This document shows, piece after piece, positions 11,319-24,954 of a stretch of 64,000 nucleotides of DNA. Origin of the DNA: Octopus vulgaris (taxonomy: Eukaryota). Every line of letters starts with the position of its first letter. The stretch's first letter is position 1. The stretch spans positions 14,136,001-14,200,000 of the forward strand of contig OX597827.1 in NCBI GenBank assembly GCA_951406725.2. The letters are read 5' to 3'. A model generated the notes under the pieces. The model ran no database searches. It had not been told where the DNA came from and saw only the letters and a program-made list of their open reading frames with translations. The position numbers were made by a program, and so were the translations under genes.

Positions 11319-12112
11319 CCAAACCACTAAGCCACTTGCTGCCACTAGTGCTCCAGTATGGCAACAGTCCAATGACTGAAGCAAGTAAGAGAGTAAAAAA
11401 GAGTTGGTAGTTTCAATGCTAATGATGCAATTCAACTGGTTAATGCCGCAATGTAAAGAATTAACCCTACAGAATTCATTTCCAGTTCATTGTTGTCTGG
11501 ATTTTATATAATACTGGAAAATATCAGTAAGATATATTTCATTAATGATATCCTTAATAACAATAACCACAATAACAATGTTGATAGTAGACAATATCTC
11601 TTGATATTTGAAAAGATACTTTAATAACACATCTAATCAGTCGGTATAACTGGTAAAAATTATTAGGAAGTAAAACGAAAGGTAGTAACTTATAATTCTT
11701 GGATATCATCATTAAAATAACAAAGAGAAAAATCTTTTGTTAAGCCTGACATTTCAGAAGAAAGATATGGTAATTTTTAGAGGTATATAGGAATTGCTGC
11801 CTTGTCATGATTTAGTTGGGAAAAAGAATAATAAAAAAAAAAAAAAATTTAAATGAGCGAAAATAAAGGAAATGCCTTTAGGCTAAAACTTCTGCATAAA
11901 AATCAATCCATTATTCTTTGTGTAGAGGAAAAGAAAATATCTTTCAAGTGAAACGAATAAGAAATTATAGAAAATATCTCCATATTTCTGTGTGAGATTT
12001 GCAAAATACTTGGAGTTACTAAACTACCGAAGTATTTGACAATGGTATAAGTGAACTTTATACATGGAATAATTTTTTTTATCAAAGACACAAAATTACG
12101 ATGATGATGATG

Positions 12113-12168
<56 letters not shown>

Positions 12169-12449
12169 CTTAAAATTAAGAGGAGGGGAATAGTCAATTA
12201 CATCGACCCCCAATGTTTCATTGGTACTTAATTTAGCAACCCCAAAAGGATGAAAGGCAAAGTCATCCTTGGTGGAATTTGAACTCAGAACATAGTGGTA
12301 TTTGGAATACTGCTAAGCATTTCGCCTGGTGTGCTAATGATTCTGCCAGCTTGCTGGCTCAATAACAACAACAACAACAACAATAATAATAATAATGGAT
12401 TGGATCCAGGCTCTATAAGGAAGGAACAGTGACAGGAATCAGTAAAAGA

Positions 12450-12670
<221 letters not shown>

Positions 12671-12987
12671 AAACTTTCAAAATACAAAGACCTGGAAATA
12701 GAGGTAACCAGAATGTGGAATCTAAAAACAGAAACAATTCCTATCATAGTAGGTGCATTAGGTATGATAAAAAATATTCAGACAAATACATAACAAAAAC
12801 ACCAGGACTTACAAACACATATAACATACAGAAAATTGCACTGCTAGGCACTGCACACATCCTACGCAGAACACTTTCCATGCAATAACCATCAGAGCAT
12901 CACAACAAATCACAGCACATACCCAAGGCACACAGAGCTGCGCTCGGTAGTGAAGTGAAAGCACGCTATAAAAATAAAACTACTGAA
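12671..12987 (+). mobile_element. R4/Dong-clade non-LTR retrotransposon 3' end inserted in (TAA)n
   Basis: KLSKYKDLEIEVTRMWNLKTETIPIIVGALGMIK / KYSDKYITKTPGLTNTYNIQKIALLGTAHILRRTLSMQ* (one frameshift), the R4/Dong RLE C-terminus; TAA repeats on both sides. Confidence 0.85.
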
Positions 12988-13079
12988 TAATAATAATAAT
13001 GATAATGATAATAATAATAACAACAACAATACTAACAATTATGATAATAATAATAATGCTTGAGAAAGATACAAATAAG

Positions 13080-13302
13080 GGCAGCAAGCTGGCAGAAACG
13101 TTAGCACACCGGGCGAAATTCTTAGCGGCATTTCGTCAGCTGCTACATTCTGAGTTCAATTTCCGCCGAGGTCAACTTTGCCTTTCATCCTTTTGGGGGT
13201 CGATTAAATAAGTACCAGTAACATACTGGGGTCAATGTAATCAACTTAATCCCTTTGTTTGTCCCCTCTATGTTTAGCCTCTTGTGGGCAATAAAGAAAT
13301 AA
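13080..13302 (+). mobile_element. SINE family B
   Basis: Consensus match; agataca duplicated at the flanks. Confidence 0.8.
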
Positions 13303-13373
13303 GATACAACAGGGTAAGTGAAATCATGGCCATTAAAAACACGTGAGCATGTCCTTTATGGCCAAGCTCCTGC

Positions 13374-13404
<31 letters not shown>

Positions 13405-13405
<1 letters not shown>

Positions 13406-13980
13406 GAGGCGGTTGAGAATAAATGTCATCCACAAGCTCAGCATTATTTATTGGTCTCTTGTCTTGAAGGACCTTAGCATCCATCCTGCTGGCTGTCTGC
13501 ATTTTGCTGCCATCTTGGTAATGTGCATATGAAATGACACATCATTGCACATACTGAAGTGCGGCGAGCTGGTGAGCTGGCTGAATCGTTAGAATGTTGG
13601 GCGAAATTCGTAGCCGTATTTTGTCTGCCATTACATTCCGAGTTCAAATTCCGCTGAGGTCGACTTTGCCTTTCATCCTTTCTGGGGTCGATAAATTAAG
13701 TACCAGTTACGCACTGGGGTCGGTGTAATCGACTTAATCCGTTTGTCTGTCCTTGTTTGTCCCCTCTGTGTTTAGCCCCTTGTGGGTAGTAAAGAAATAA
13801 TTACACATACTGATTCCTATGTCTCTCACTGTCTGGGACTCAGGGATTGCTGTGCCTTCAGGTCCTGTATATGCAACATGGGGTGCATTTGTGGGCTGAG
13901 AGTACAGGGCTTGAAATTTTCCAGCATTTAAACTGCATATTTTGTTACTTCAGTCTTCTTGCATATTGCATTCAGGTCCT
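13405..13980 (-). mobile_element. CR1-group LINE RT fragment interrupted by a family B SINE (13558-13800)
   Basis: DLNAI...NMQF/NAGKFQAL...ESQTVRDIGISMCNDVSFHMHITKMAAKCRQPAGWMLRSFKTRD; SINE flanked by TSD tt(g/a)cacatactga at 13545 and 13801. Confidence 0.75.
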
Positions 13981-14360
13981 ACTCTTTACTCTTTTACTCT
14001 TTTACTTGTTTCAGTCATTTGACTGTGGTCATGCTGGAGCACTGCCTTTAATCGAGCAACTCGACCCCGGGACTTATTATTTTGTAAGCCCAGTACTTAT
14101 TCTATCGGTCTCTTTTGCCGAACCGCTAAGTAACGGGGACAAAAAACACACCAGCATCGGTTGTCAAGCAATGCTAGGGGGACAAACACAGACACACAAA
14201 CACACACACACACATATATATATATATACATATATACAACGGGCTTCTTTCAGTTTCCGTCTACCAAATCCACTCACAAGGCTTTGGTCGGCCCGACGCT
14301 ATAGTAGAAGACACTTGCCCAAGGTGACATGCAGTGGGACTGAACCCGGAACTCCTGCGC
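13980..14360 (-). mobile_element. SINE family A
   Basis: Consensus match with a deletion in the 5' head. Confidence 0.85.
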
Positions 14361-14394
14361 CTACTGTAAGCTTACGACATCATCCGAATTCTTT

Positions 14395-15180
14395 ATTCAT
14401 CATCATCATCATCATCATTTAACGTCCGCTTTCCATGCTAGCATGGGTTGGACGGTTCAACTGGAGTCTGGGGAGCCCGAAGGCTGCACCAGGCCAGTCA
14501 GATCTGGCAGTGTTTCTACAGCTGGATGCCCTTCCTAACGCCAACCACTCCGAGAGTGTAGTGGGTGATTTTATGTGCCACCGACACAGGTGCCAGACGA
14601 GGCTGGCAGACGGCCACGCTCGGATGGTGTTTTTATGTGCCACCAACACAGGTGCCAGATGAGGCTGGCGAACGGCCACGATCGGATGGTGTTTGTTACG
14701 TGCCCACAGCACGGAGGCCAGTCGATGCGGTACTGGCTACGGCCACGTTCGGATAGTTTTCTTGTGTGCCACCGGCACTGGTACCACAAAGATACAAATT
14801 CCATTGATGTTCATCTATTTTGATTTGGTTTGATTTTCACTTGCCTCAACAGGTCTTCACAACTGTCACACACTTGCCTCAACAGGTCTTCACAAGTGTC
14901 ATAAGAAGGAAGGTATGCACAGGTGGACTGACTACGTCCCAGGAAGGGGCCACGGGCTATGGCCTGACTAGTCTTGCCGGGTCTTCGGACAGGTGCCAGA
15001 TGAGGCTGGCGAACGGCCACGATGGGATGGCGTTTGTTATGTGCCCACAGCACGGAGGCCAGTCGATGCGGTACTGGCTACAGCCACGTTCGGATGGTTT
15101 TCTTGTGTGCCACCGGCACTGGTACCAAAAAGATACAGATTCCATTGATGTTCATCTATTTTGATTTGTTTTGATTTTTT
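14395..15180 (-). mobile_element. RTE-associated family D element with internal duplication
   Basis: (cat)n tail at the left; about 14648-14830 is repeated at about 14989-15170. Confidence 0.75.
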
Positions 15181-15280
15181 GATTTGTTGATTTTTTTGAT
15201 TTATTGCTTGCGATAATTTTATACCATAGGTAAAGCTCGTATCAGTGGATGTCTGAGTGACCATGGACATATCTAAGAAA

Positions 15281-15680
15281 GGCGCAGGAGTGGCTGTGTG
15301 GTAAGTAGCTTGCTAACCAACCACATGGTTGCGGGTTCAGTCCCACTGCGTGGCATCTTGGGCAAGTGTCTTCTGCTATAGCCCTGGGCCAACCAATGCC
15401 TTGTGAGTGGATTTGGTAGACGGAAACTGAAAGAAGCCTGTCGTATATATGTGTATATATATATATGTATGTGTGTCTGTGTTTGTCTCCCTAGCATTGC
15501 TTGACAACCGATGCTGGTGTGTTTACGTCCCCGTCACTTAGTGGTTCGGCAAAAGAGACCGATAGAATAAGTACTGGGCTTACAAAGAATAAGTCCCGGG
15601 GTCGATTTGATCGACTAAAGGCAGTGCTCCAGCATGGCCGCAGTCAAATGACTGAAACAAGTAAAAGAGTAAAAGAGAGT
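15281..15680 (+). mobile_element. SINE family A
   Basis: Full length, ggcgcaggagtggctgtgtgg to the gagtaaaa tail. Confidence 0.9.
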
Positions 15681-15851
15681 ACTAGCCCCCAAGACAGTTC
15701 CTTAGAGGATTCCCCTTAGAATTTGTTTCCTCGGAGGGACCACCATAGGTTGCAGCTGTCTGACTCCTATCCTTTGGGAAGCCATGCAGCCATTCTGCCG
15801 GTTTACTGGGTATGCCAAGGTCTCACAGCCTGTGACATATCAAAGTGTGTG

Positions 15852-15889
<38 letters not shown>

Positions 15890-16769
15890 TGTGTGTGTTT
15901 GGGTACATACACACACACATATGTATTGCAACAGGAACATTAGCTAATACAGAAGAATCAGAACAATACAGCAGATATGGTAAGACAACTTATATTTATT
16001 TTCATACACACACACATATACGCACACACGTGTGTGTGTGTGTGTGTGTATTGTTATAAATATCTTTAAATATAGATGATTATACTTCCATAATTGCCAA
16101 GAGAATGACGAGATGATTGATAACAAAGACATGGCTTAAACGGATTAATTTACATCATTAATCTTATTCCAGCATTTCTTGATTAACCTTAATCTAAATG
16201 GAACTGAACGAAGCAACATTATTCTCTCTTGATCTTTCACTCGTAAACTCATTTTTCAAATTCCACCAATCAGCTGATCATAAGGGAGCAGACTGTGCCA
16301 TGGGAGGAACACAAAGGGGAAGGCCCATGAGAGGAGTCTTTCTGTATACCAGGAGTAGGGAGGGCAGTGCAGGGATCGTAGCTGGTGTGGGATTACGTCA
16401 GCAGCTGGGTGCGTTGACCGGAAGTTGGGGCAACCGGAAGGGGCAGCCATGAGGCGTGCGCAGGGAGCGGGGATTTCGTCCTTTCCAACGAGGGTCGTCG
16501 AGGTGTTAAGACGTGTGAAGACGTTGCTAAGGTTGGGTGAAGCAGCTGCTATCTTTAGCGTTCGGGTCAGGGCTGTGACAAAGGATCCGTTACCACTGAA
16601 GTGTCTCTATCAGAGCGAAGAGAAGATAGGTGCCTTTATATATCGACTATCTCGCACACACTACAGCTGGCAAGTACATTGTGAGGTCATGGAAGGGGGC
16701 TGCCCTGGTTTTGCGGGATGAACATTCTGTAGGGCTCTGATAGGGCTTGGAAGTACTAATGCAGCAACT

Positions 16770-17100
16770 TGTTGTCGGCATCCTTTTTGTCTTGGGAGAC
16801 AATGGAGTTGCGCATAAAATAATCTAGTCCGGCTTTTACATTTCATGTCCTAATACATTTCCTGCTGTGGATGTGTAGTCCTATCCTGGACAAACACTCC
16901 CTCTGGCAGGTGCCGCAAATGTAGCAAAGACCTTGCCTGGCTGGTTGTAATGTCATAGTTTCTTGTAGATGTATTTTCTTGTCTTTCCATTTCTCCTCTC
17001 TCCCTCTGTCACTCCTTTGTGTTCCCTCTTTTACGGTACGTCGCCAATCTCCACGGTTACTGGCAACTGCTTCCCAGTTGCTAATATTGATGTCGCAGCA
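16770..17100 (-). mobile_element. RTE-clade LINE 3' end (ORF2 C-terminus with Cys/His zinc motif)
   Basis: INISNWEAVASNRGDWRRTVKEG...CGTCQRECLSRIGLHIHSRKC, typical of RTE/BovB-like C-termini. Confidence 0.8.
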
Positions 17101-17102
17101 AG

Positions 17103-17305
17103 TAGGGAAGATATAAATTCCATCACTGAAGCTGCAAAGAAGGTCATTGGGTGGCTTTGGATAAAGAAGGCTGACCAATGGTTTGTCACAAATGGGAAGC
17201 AAGCTAGGACCTGTTCAACTCCCAGCTGAGTCAACTGTGCAAGGGGTTCGATGTTGAAAGACCTGCTACATAAGACCCCCAGGAATATCACTGATGATGC
17301 ATATC
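17103..17305 (+). mobile_element. HERO-like (RLE-encoding) non-LTR retrotransposon 3' end
   Basis: INSITEAAKKVIGWLWIKKADQW resembles the HERO EAAE.A.RWLWIKR..W motif; 3' UTR gatgttgaaagacc...cccaggaatatcactgatgatg. Confidence 0.65.
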
Positions 17306-18230
17306 TCTCTCTTTACTCTTTACTTGTTTCAGTCATTTGACTGCGGCCATGCTGGAGCACCGCCTTTAGTTGAGCCAGTAAACTAGCCCATATGTATTGG
17401 TATGACTTGAAAAGGTAACTTCTTTTTTTTTTATACTGGAGCACCACCTTGTAGGGTTTGGTCAAACAAATCATTCCCACGGCACTGATACTATGGTTGG
17501 TAGCTCAAACTCTTTTTACTTGTTTCAGTCATTGGACTGTGGCCATGCTGGAGCACCACTTTGTAGAGTTAATCAAACAAATTAATCTGCCCTAGGAACT
17601 GTAGCACTGTGATTTGAACCCTGAATCCTGTGACAGCAAAGCAAGCTTCTTAACCATACGACTACACCTCATTATCTGTGACAGCTTCAAATTCCAAATT
17701 TTCTTTTATGTTTCAGCAACATCTTAAAGGTTGTCCTAGTAAATGTCAAATGTTTCCGTCAAGTAAGGAATTTTTCCAAGATATAAAAGATTTTGCAAAT
17801 TTCTATCGGTATGTGTATATAATAAAAACCACTTCTAATAACCATTCCTTTTCCTATTTTTCTTTCTCATTCTTAAATTGCTTTACAGGTAAAACAAATT
17901 AAGAATAAGGAATCTTTTATCATCAATAGTTATTATATTGTTAATAACAATAAATACAGTTATTCATCAATTTATTCTTAATGAAAGCTATAATGACATT
18001 TAACAAAATGTTACCTGAATGGATCCAATTATAAATTTCCTAAAAAATGTTCTGGAATATCTGGAATCTTTGCATGAAGATCTTTGTCTTACTTGATTGC
18101 ACCAGTTTCATGCTCAGCAGTGAAATAATTGCCGCCTTTTAAAATCACTTTTCCATATTCGTGCTGAAATAGACAATAAAAATACCAAATCATGTATGGC
18201 ACCATGGATATTGGCAACTCAATTTTAAGC

Positions 18231-18273
<43 letters not shown>

Positions 18274-18496
18274 GTAATACAATCATGGGTATTTAACTTG
18301 ACAAATGGAATGAAAATATGCATTTTCTCCTAAATATTAAGTGAATTTTGTAAAAGTAGATCGACAAAGCTTTTATAGAAATGTAACTTCAGAAAATATT
18401 TCAAATGGAAAAGATTTGAATATCAACTTTATAGATATATATGTGTGTGCATATATATATATATATTACACACATATATATGTATGTATATAAATG

Positions 18497-18534
<38 letters not shown>

Positions 18535-18560
18535 CATTTATATACATACATATATATGTG

Positions 18561-18636
<76 letters not shown>

Positions 18637-18888
18637 GCACACACACATATTTATATATATACATACATATATATGTGTTATATATATATATATAAATATA
18701 AATTTAGGGATGGTATTATTAAAATACCATCACAAGTTGTAAGCGAATTATTAGCTGTACAGGCAAATTAATAAAATACATACATACATTATTAGATGTG
18801 TACATATATACACAAGGGTACTACATGAGTACCTATATCGCTAATGATAGAAGTCAAAAAATACTTCTGTACCACCGAATAGTCACTA

Positions 18889-18920
<32 letters not shown>

Positions 18921-18939
18921 GTATATTCCAAATGTAATC

Positions 18940-19132
18940 ACATGTGTATTGTTGGTGATTTTTTTCCTCCGTTTTCCTTTCCTATGGACTTTCCTCTATT
19001 TCTGAAGAAGAGCTTGGCTCGAAATGTTAAATCCTCTTCCCTTCCTTTCCTGAGTGTCTGATAATACAGTGCTTGTACCACATCCTTGCATCATTGCTTT
19101 TTTCTTGTTTGTTCTTCTTTGTTTGGATTCAC
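18940..19132 (+). mobile_element. Penelope-like non-autonomous fragment in (TA)n carrying a minimal hammerhead motif
   Basis: attt-CTGAAGA-a-gagc ttg gctc-GAAA-tgtt-aaat at 18998-19032; related to the 43.2-43.6k copies. Confidence 0.55.
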
Positions 19133-19133
19133 T

Positions 19134-19227
<94 letters not shown>

Positions 19228-20049
19228 TATTACATGCTTTGAATTAGAGGACAAAAAAGTCTTCTGCCTTTACTTTTTTCCCCACCTTTCATCACAATCC
19301 TTAAGAAGGACCTTATTTAGTTCACCAAACCCTTCACTCCCACTGTCACGTCATATATACTTAACCCTTTCTGTTACTTAGGCCTAGAAACAAAATTAAT
19401 TGCATATGCCATGGGAGTGGACATAGGAATGGTATTAGACAGAATCCCCCTTCAGGGCTGAGAGGCAATGGAGAAATTAAAAGGAAGACAGCTTCTCAAT
19501 CAGTGCACGTCAGACTCTTCTGTTTTTCCCTTCTTTTCCCCTTTCACCTCAACCCTGATGGTAAATTTTGTCCAAAACATCAGACATTCCATTCCTCCAT
19601 TCCCGCAGAATATATTCTATATATCTTCCTCTGACATTTTGAGGCAAATGCAATTCTTGCTGCTGCAGACAGCCACCTGTCTCTTTGGGTTCTGTTTTAT
19701 CTGATTTATATGGATAGGTGCATGTGTGCATGTTGTGTGTGTTTGTGTGTGTGTGTATGGATGTGTGTGTGTGTGTGTGTGGATGTGTGTGTGTGTGTGA
19801 ATGGATATGTGTGTGTGTGTGTGTTTGGTGTGCATAGAAAGATAGTTAGGAAGATAGAAAATGCACATACATTTATAAGCATACATGCATACATACTAGT
19901 ATGTATACACACAGATGCACATACAGATATATGCGAAAGCGAGATAGGAATATGCATGTATATATATGTATGTGAAAGTGAGTGTGAAAGCATATATGCG
20001 TGTGTGTGTGTATGTGTGTGTATGTGTGTATGTATATGTATATATACAT

Positions 20050-20107
<58 letters not shown>

Positions 20108-20113
20108 GTATAC

Positions 20114-20152
<39 letters not shown>

Positions 20153-21079
20153 TATTTATATATTTGTGTGTTTGTATGTGTGTGTTTTTGTGAGTGTATA
20201 TATGTATATGCATGTGTGTATCTGTATATATGTTATACATATATGTTTATTTACATATGTATGTATGAATATATGTATGTATGTATGTGTGCATGTATGT
20301 ATGTATGTATATGTGCATGTATGTATGTATGTATGTGTGCATGTATGTATGCATGTATGTGTGTATGTATGTAAGCATGCTTATGTTCTTTCAGTTTGTA
20401 GTTATCATGCAGAAGAGAATCCTTAGAAATTTTACCATTTTCCATCAACACTGACATGGCATTGAAAGCATAGCCAGAGAATTGGAACATTTTATTTTAT
20501 CAAAAGAATGAAACATTCACTTCCTGATTTCCTTTGCGAAGAATTTTTGTTGACATGAAAGTGGGCTGATCCTAGTGAAATGTTAGCAATAACATTAGTT
20601 CAATAGAAATTTACCCTAAGCACCGATCTGGCGGAACTGCACAATAAAAGCAAAAATTTGTTCGCATTACTCATGCCTAAAACTGCAATGGAACATCAAG
20701 TGTAGCGATTCTCTTGTAGTAACAACTGCTACCGTTTCAGAGTAAAGTGAAAACAACAATTGATGGAGCTTTCATCCATGTTTTACAATATCGCGTTTAT
20801 CTGGTTTCTCCCATTCTCTCTTATTGCCTGTGGTCGCGTTGGTCAACGCTTTCCTGTCATTTCCATAGCATTTATTGACTTTCACTGGACTAGAACAGTC
20901 AGTATCAATCAGTAAGTACAAGTATTTTAACATTGTGCCAGAGTTAGGGCTGGAGGCAGGAGGAGGTGAGAAGGCGGAGGCGGGAGGCGGTCGTACGATC
21001 TTTCTTTCACCTGAAACTTTAGCAGTTGCTTGTTTATTGTATGGAAGAAAATGTCAACTAGAAGATTACAACTACTATG

Positions 21080-21590
21080 ACCACACACACACACACAGAC
21101 ACATGCACACAAATACATACACACACACAGAAACACATATACACACACACAAATACATGCATGTAAATACACACACACACAGAGAAACACATATATACAC
21201 ACAAATACATGCATGTAAATACACACAACATACACACACACACACACACACACACAGAAACACATATACACACACACAAATACATGCATGTAAATACACA
21301 CACACATACACTCACACACAGAGAAACACATATACATACACACAAATACATGCATGTAAATATACACACACATACACACACACACACACACACAGAAACA
21401 CATATACACACACACAAATACATGCATGTAAATACACACACACATACACACACACACACATACACAGAAACACATATACACACACACAAATACATGCATG
21501 TAAATACACATACACACACACAGTGAAAAACACATATACACACACACAAATACATGCATGTAAATACTCACACACACACACACACACACA
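21080..21590. repeat. CA-derived minisatellite, about 60-bp unit, about 8 copies
   Basis: Recurring acagaaacacatatacacacacacaaatacatgcatgtaaatac. Confidence 0.85.
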
Positions 21591-21836
21591 TATTGCTTCC
21601 TCTTTGTGGTTACTCGATCTGCTAGAACAGCCAAACAAGGCAGAAATGTGTATCTAACCATTCTGAACACGGTGCTGGACATTTTTCATTTGCTACTAAT
21701 ATATTTTAGTGTTTTTAAACAATATGCCTCCATAAAGGATATTATGCCTGGCCAATAACTGCAGTTGATTTGCCATTTCACAATGTATCTGCACTGAGTA
21801 TGATACACAGATGGCACTTTTATTCAAATACATCAT

Positions 21837-22048
21837 ACTCTTTACTCTTTTACTCTTTTACTTGTTTCAGTCATTTGACTGCGGCCATGCTGGAGCACAG
21901 CCTTAGTCGAGCAAATCGACCCCAGGACTTATTCTTTGTAAGCCTAGTACTTATTCTATTGGTCTCTTTTGCCAAACCGCTAAGTGACGGGGACGTAAAC
22001 ACACCAGCATCGGTTGTCAAGCAATGCTAGAGGGACAAACACAGACAC

Positions 22049-22088
<40 letters not shown>

Positions 22089-22259
22089 ATATATACGACA
22101 GGCTTCTTTCAGTTTCCGTCTACCAAATCCACTCACAAGGCATTGGTAGGCCCGGGGCCATAGCAGAAGACACTTGCCCGAGGTGCCATGCAGTGGGACT
22201 GAACCCGGAACCATATGGTTGGTTAGCAAGCTACTTACCACACAGCCACTCCTGCACCT
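21837..22259 (-). mobile_element. SINE family A
   Basis: Full-length consensus match. Confidence 0.9.
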
Positions 22260-22399
22260 ATTTCATGCCATATTTTTGTAGAAAATCACTACCTTTATTT
22301 CAATTAATTTTGAAGAGTTTAATAAAATAACTTTGTCATAATCAAACTAATGTTTGGAACATAAATTAACATGATGGAAGGTTGTACAGTTGGATCAGT

Positions 22400-22626
22400 T
22401 GAGCCTTTTATTATTTGAGCCAGCCATACCCAGCTCAAATATTCTATGTGATTTATGTTCAACTCAGCCAGATCTGGCCTGTCTCACTTACCCTACAATG
22501 TCATTCTAAAACATAAACACTCACATCATAAAAATCAGGAAGCTATGAGGTAATGCACAATTAATTCCAATCAATGTGAATAAATAAGCATTACATTTGA
22601 CAGAATAGTCTGAATGCTAAAGGGTC
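22400..22626. mobile_element. piggyBac-type MITE (degenerate)
   Basis: Homologous to 44222-44442; ends gctaaaggg. Confidence 0.6.
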
Positions 22627-23097
22627 AAATCAAGAAGTGTGTATCATAGAGGCAGTCCGAAGAGGGCTGATATGAAAGGGGTAAGAAAAAAGCAAGAACA
22701 TGAAATACAAAGGATTGTTTTTAGTACAATGGTAGAACAACTATCATGTTTACAGAAACTACAGGTTCAAGTCCCACCAGCAGCTTCCAACTTTTTCTAT
22801 CTTACAGGGTTATTCAACCAAATATTTACATGCTATTTATTCATAGCTTACATTTGGTGGTGTGTTGGCAGAATTGGTAGCATGCCAGGCAAAATGCATA
22901 GTAGCATTTGTCTGTCCTCACTTTCTGAGTTCAAATTCTGACAAGATCAACTTTGCCTTTCATTCTTTTGGGGTCAATAAAATAAGTACCAGTTACGCAC
23001 TGGGATCGATGTAATCAACTTATCCCCCCCCCTCAAAATTTCAGGCCTTGTGCCTATAGTACAAAAGATCATTTATAGCTTTATATATACTTCAAGA

Positions 23098-23398
23098 GTG
23101 GAGGTGCAATGGCCCAGAGGTTAGGGCAGTGGACTCGCAGTTGTAGGATCACGGTTTCGATTCCCAGGCATTGTGAGTGTTTATTGAGTGAAAACACCTA
23201 AAGCTCCATGAGGCTCCGACAGGGGATGGTGGCGATCCCTGCTGTACTCTTTCACTACAACTTTCTCTCACTCTTTTTTTCTGTAGGCCTTCTTGCTTAG
23301 CCAGCGGGGTGGCGTCATTTGAAAGCTAAAACAATGCGAAGTGCATTGTGACCAGCGATGTGTAGCAACATCTGATAGCCTGGTCGGTCACGGTGATG
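23098..23398 (+). mobile_element. SINE family C (tail type 2)
   Basis: tRNA-like head gtggaggtgcaatggcccagaggttaggg...ggtttcgattccc; 12-bp TSD tatacttcaaga at 23086 and 23399. Confidence 0.85.
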
Positions 23399-23429
23399 TA
23401 TACTTCAAGAACCAATTCCCAAAGTGCCA

Positions 23430-23712
23430 ATCTGTAATTAAGGAGGGAACATGTCAGTGGGGTAGACTCAGGAAGATGTGGGACAAAGTAGTGAGAAAGA
23501 ATCTTTAGAAGTTGGGTCTCACACAGGGGATGACAAGGGATCAAGACACCTTGCAGTTTGTTGTGCTTGAGAAGACACATCAAGCTAATTAAAAGCATAG
23601 TTACCCTTGCATACAGGCATGTCCCCCGCATCCCTTTCCAGCTGAGCATCCCTAATTTTGTGGACTGATGGGTGCTGGTACCACATATGCATCCATGCTG
23701 GTGCTGCATAAA
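23430..23712 (+). mobile_element. RTE LINE 3' end (degenerate)
   Basis: EGTCQWGRLRKMWDKVVRKNL*KLGLTQGMTRDQDTLQFVVLEKT resembles RTE GRGRPRKTW..VV..DL..LGL...M..DR..W. Confidence 0.65.
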
Positions 23713-23924
23713 AGGAATTTGAAGCTGTCACAAATAATGAGGTGTAGTCATATGGTTAAGAAGCTTGCTTTGCTGTCACATGATTCAGGGTTCAAATCAC
23801 AGTGCTACAGTTCCTAGGGCAGATTAATTTGTTTGATTAACTCTACAAAGTGGTGCTCCAGCATGACCACAGTCCAATGACTAGGACATCCAACCCTAGA
23901 AACCATACCAAAACAGACATGGAA

Positions 23925-24157
23925 CCTATTTCTTTACTACCCACAAGGTGCCAAATGCAGAGGGGACAAACAAGGACAGACGAATGGATTAAGTCGATTA
24001 CATCGACCACAGTGCGTAACTGGTACTTAATTTATCAACCCCGAAAGGATGAAAGGCAAAGTCGACCTCGGCGGAATTTGAACTCAGAACATAACGGCAG
24101 ATGAAATACCGCTAAGCATTTCACCCAGCATGCTAACATTTCTGCCAGCTCACCACC
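23925..24157 (-). mobile_element. SINE family B
   Basis: Consensus match. Confidence 0.8.
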
Positions 24158-24391
24158 TTTCAATTTCTGTTTACCAGATCCACTCACAAGGCTTTGGTTG
24201 GCCCAAAGCTGTAGTAGAAGACACCTGCTCATGATTCCACACAGTGAGACTGAACCTAGAACCATCTGGTTAGGAAGCAATCATCTTACCACATAACACA
24301 ATCAAACCTGCCCCTATTTGTTATCAATTTTTTTTTATCTAATTAAGACTATATCTTTATCACCGCTAATTAATTATTTATTACAAACATA

Positions 24392-24795
24392 GGCGCAGGA
24401 GTGGCTGTGTGGTAAGTAGCTTGTCTGCCAACCACATGGTTCCGGGTTCAGTCCCGCTGCGTGACACCTTGGGCAAGTGTCTTCTACTATAGCCTCGGGC
24501 CGACCAAAGCCTTGTGAGTGGATTTGGTAGACGGAAACTGAAAGAAACCTGTCATATGTATGTATATGTATGTATGTGTATGTGTTTGTGTGTTTGTGTT
24601 TGTCCCCATAGCATTGCTTGACAACCGATGCTGGTGTGTTTACGTCCCTGTCAATTAGCGGTTCGGCAAAAGAGATCGATAGAATAAGTACTGGGCTTAC
24701 AAAGAATAAGTCCCAGGGTCGAGTTGCTCGATTAAAGGCGGTGCTCCAGCATGGCCGCAGTCAAATGACTGAAACAAGTAAAAGAGTAAAAGAGA
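24392..24795 (+). mobile_element. SINE family A
   Basis: Full length; ttatttattacaaacat duplicated at the flanks. Confidence 0.9.
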
Positions 24796-24954
24796 GTATA
24801 TATTTATTTATTACAAACATCCTGCATTTCGCCCGGGATGCTAACGCTTCTGCCATGGAACCTGGGCAGCTCTTGAACAAGCTAGTTCCAGTTGAACCAT
24901 TCAACACATGCCAGCATGGAAAATGGATGTTAAATGATGATGATGATGATATGT

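Noticed and set aside
15273-15719. Recurrent small ORFs (MTTDAGVFTSP..., ...RLPNPLTRLWSARGYSRRHLPK...) resembling a gene family
   Set aside because: Chance frames of SINE family A, often on non-ATG starts.
16465-16510. GGACGAAA on the minus strand resembling a hammerhead
   Set aside because: No proper CUGANGA and no pairing stems.
16843-17202. 119-aa ORF ending in a zinc-finger-like motif
   Set aside because: RTE LINE C-terminus fused to antisense HERO sequence.
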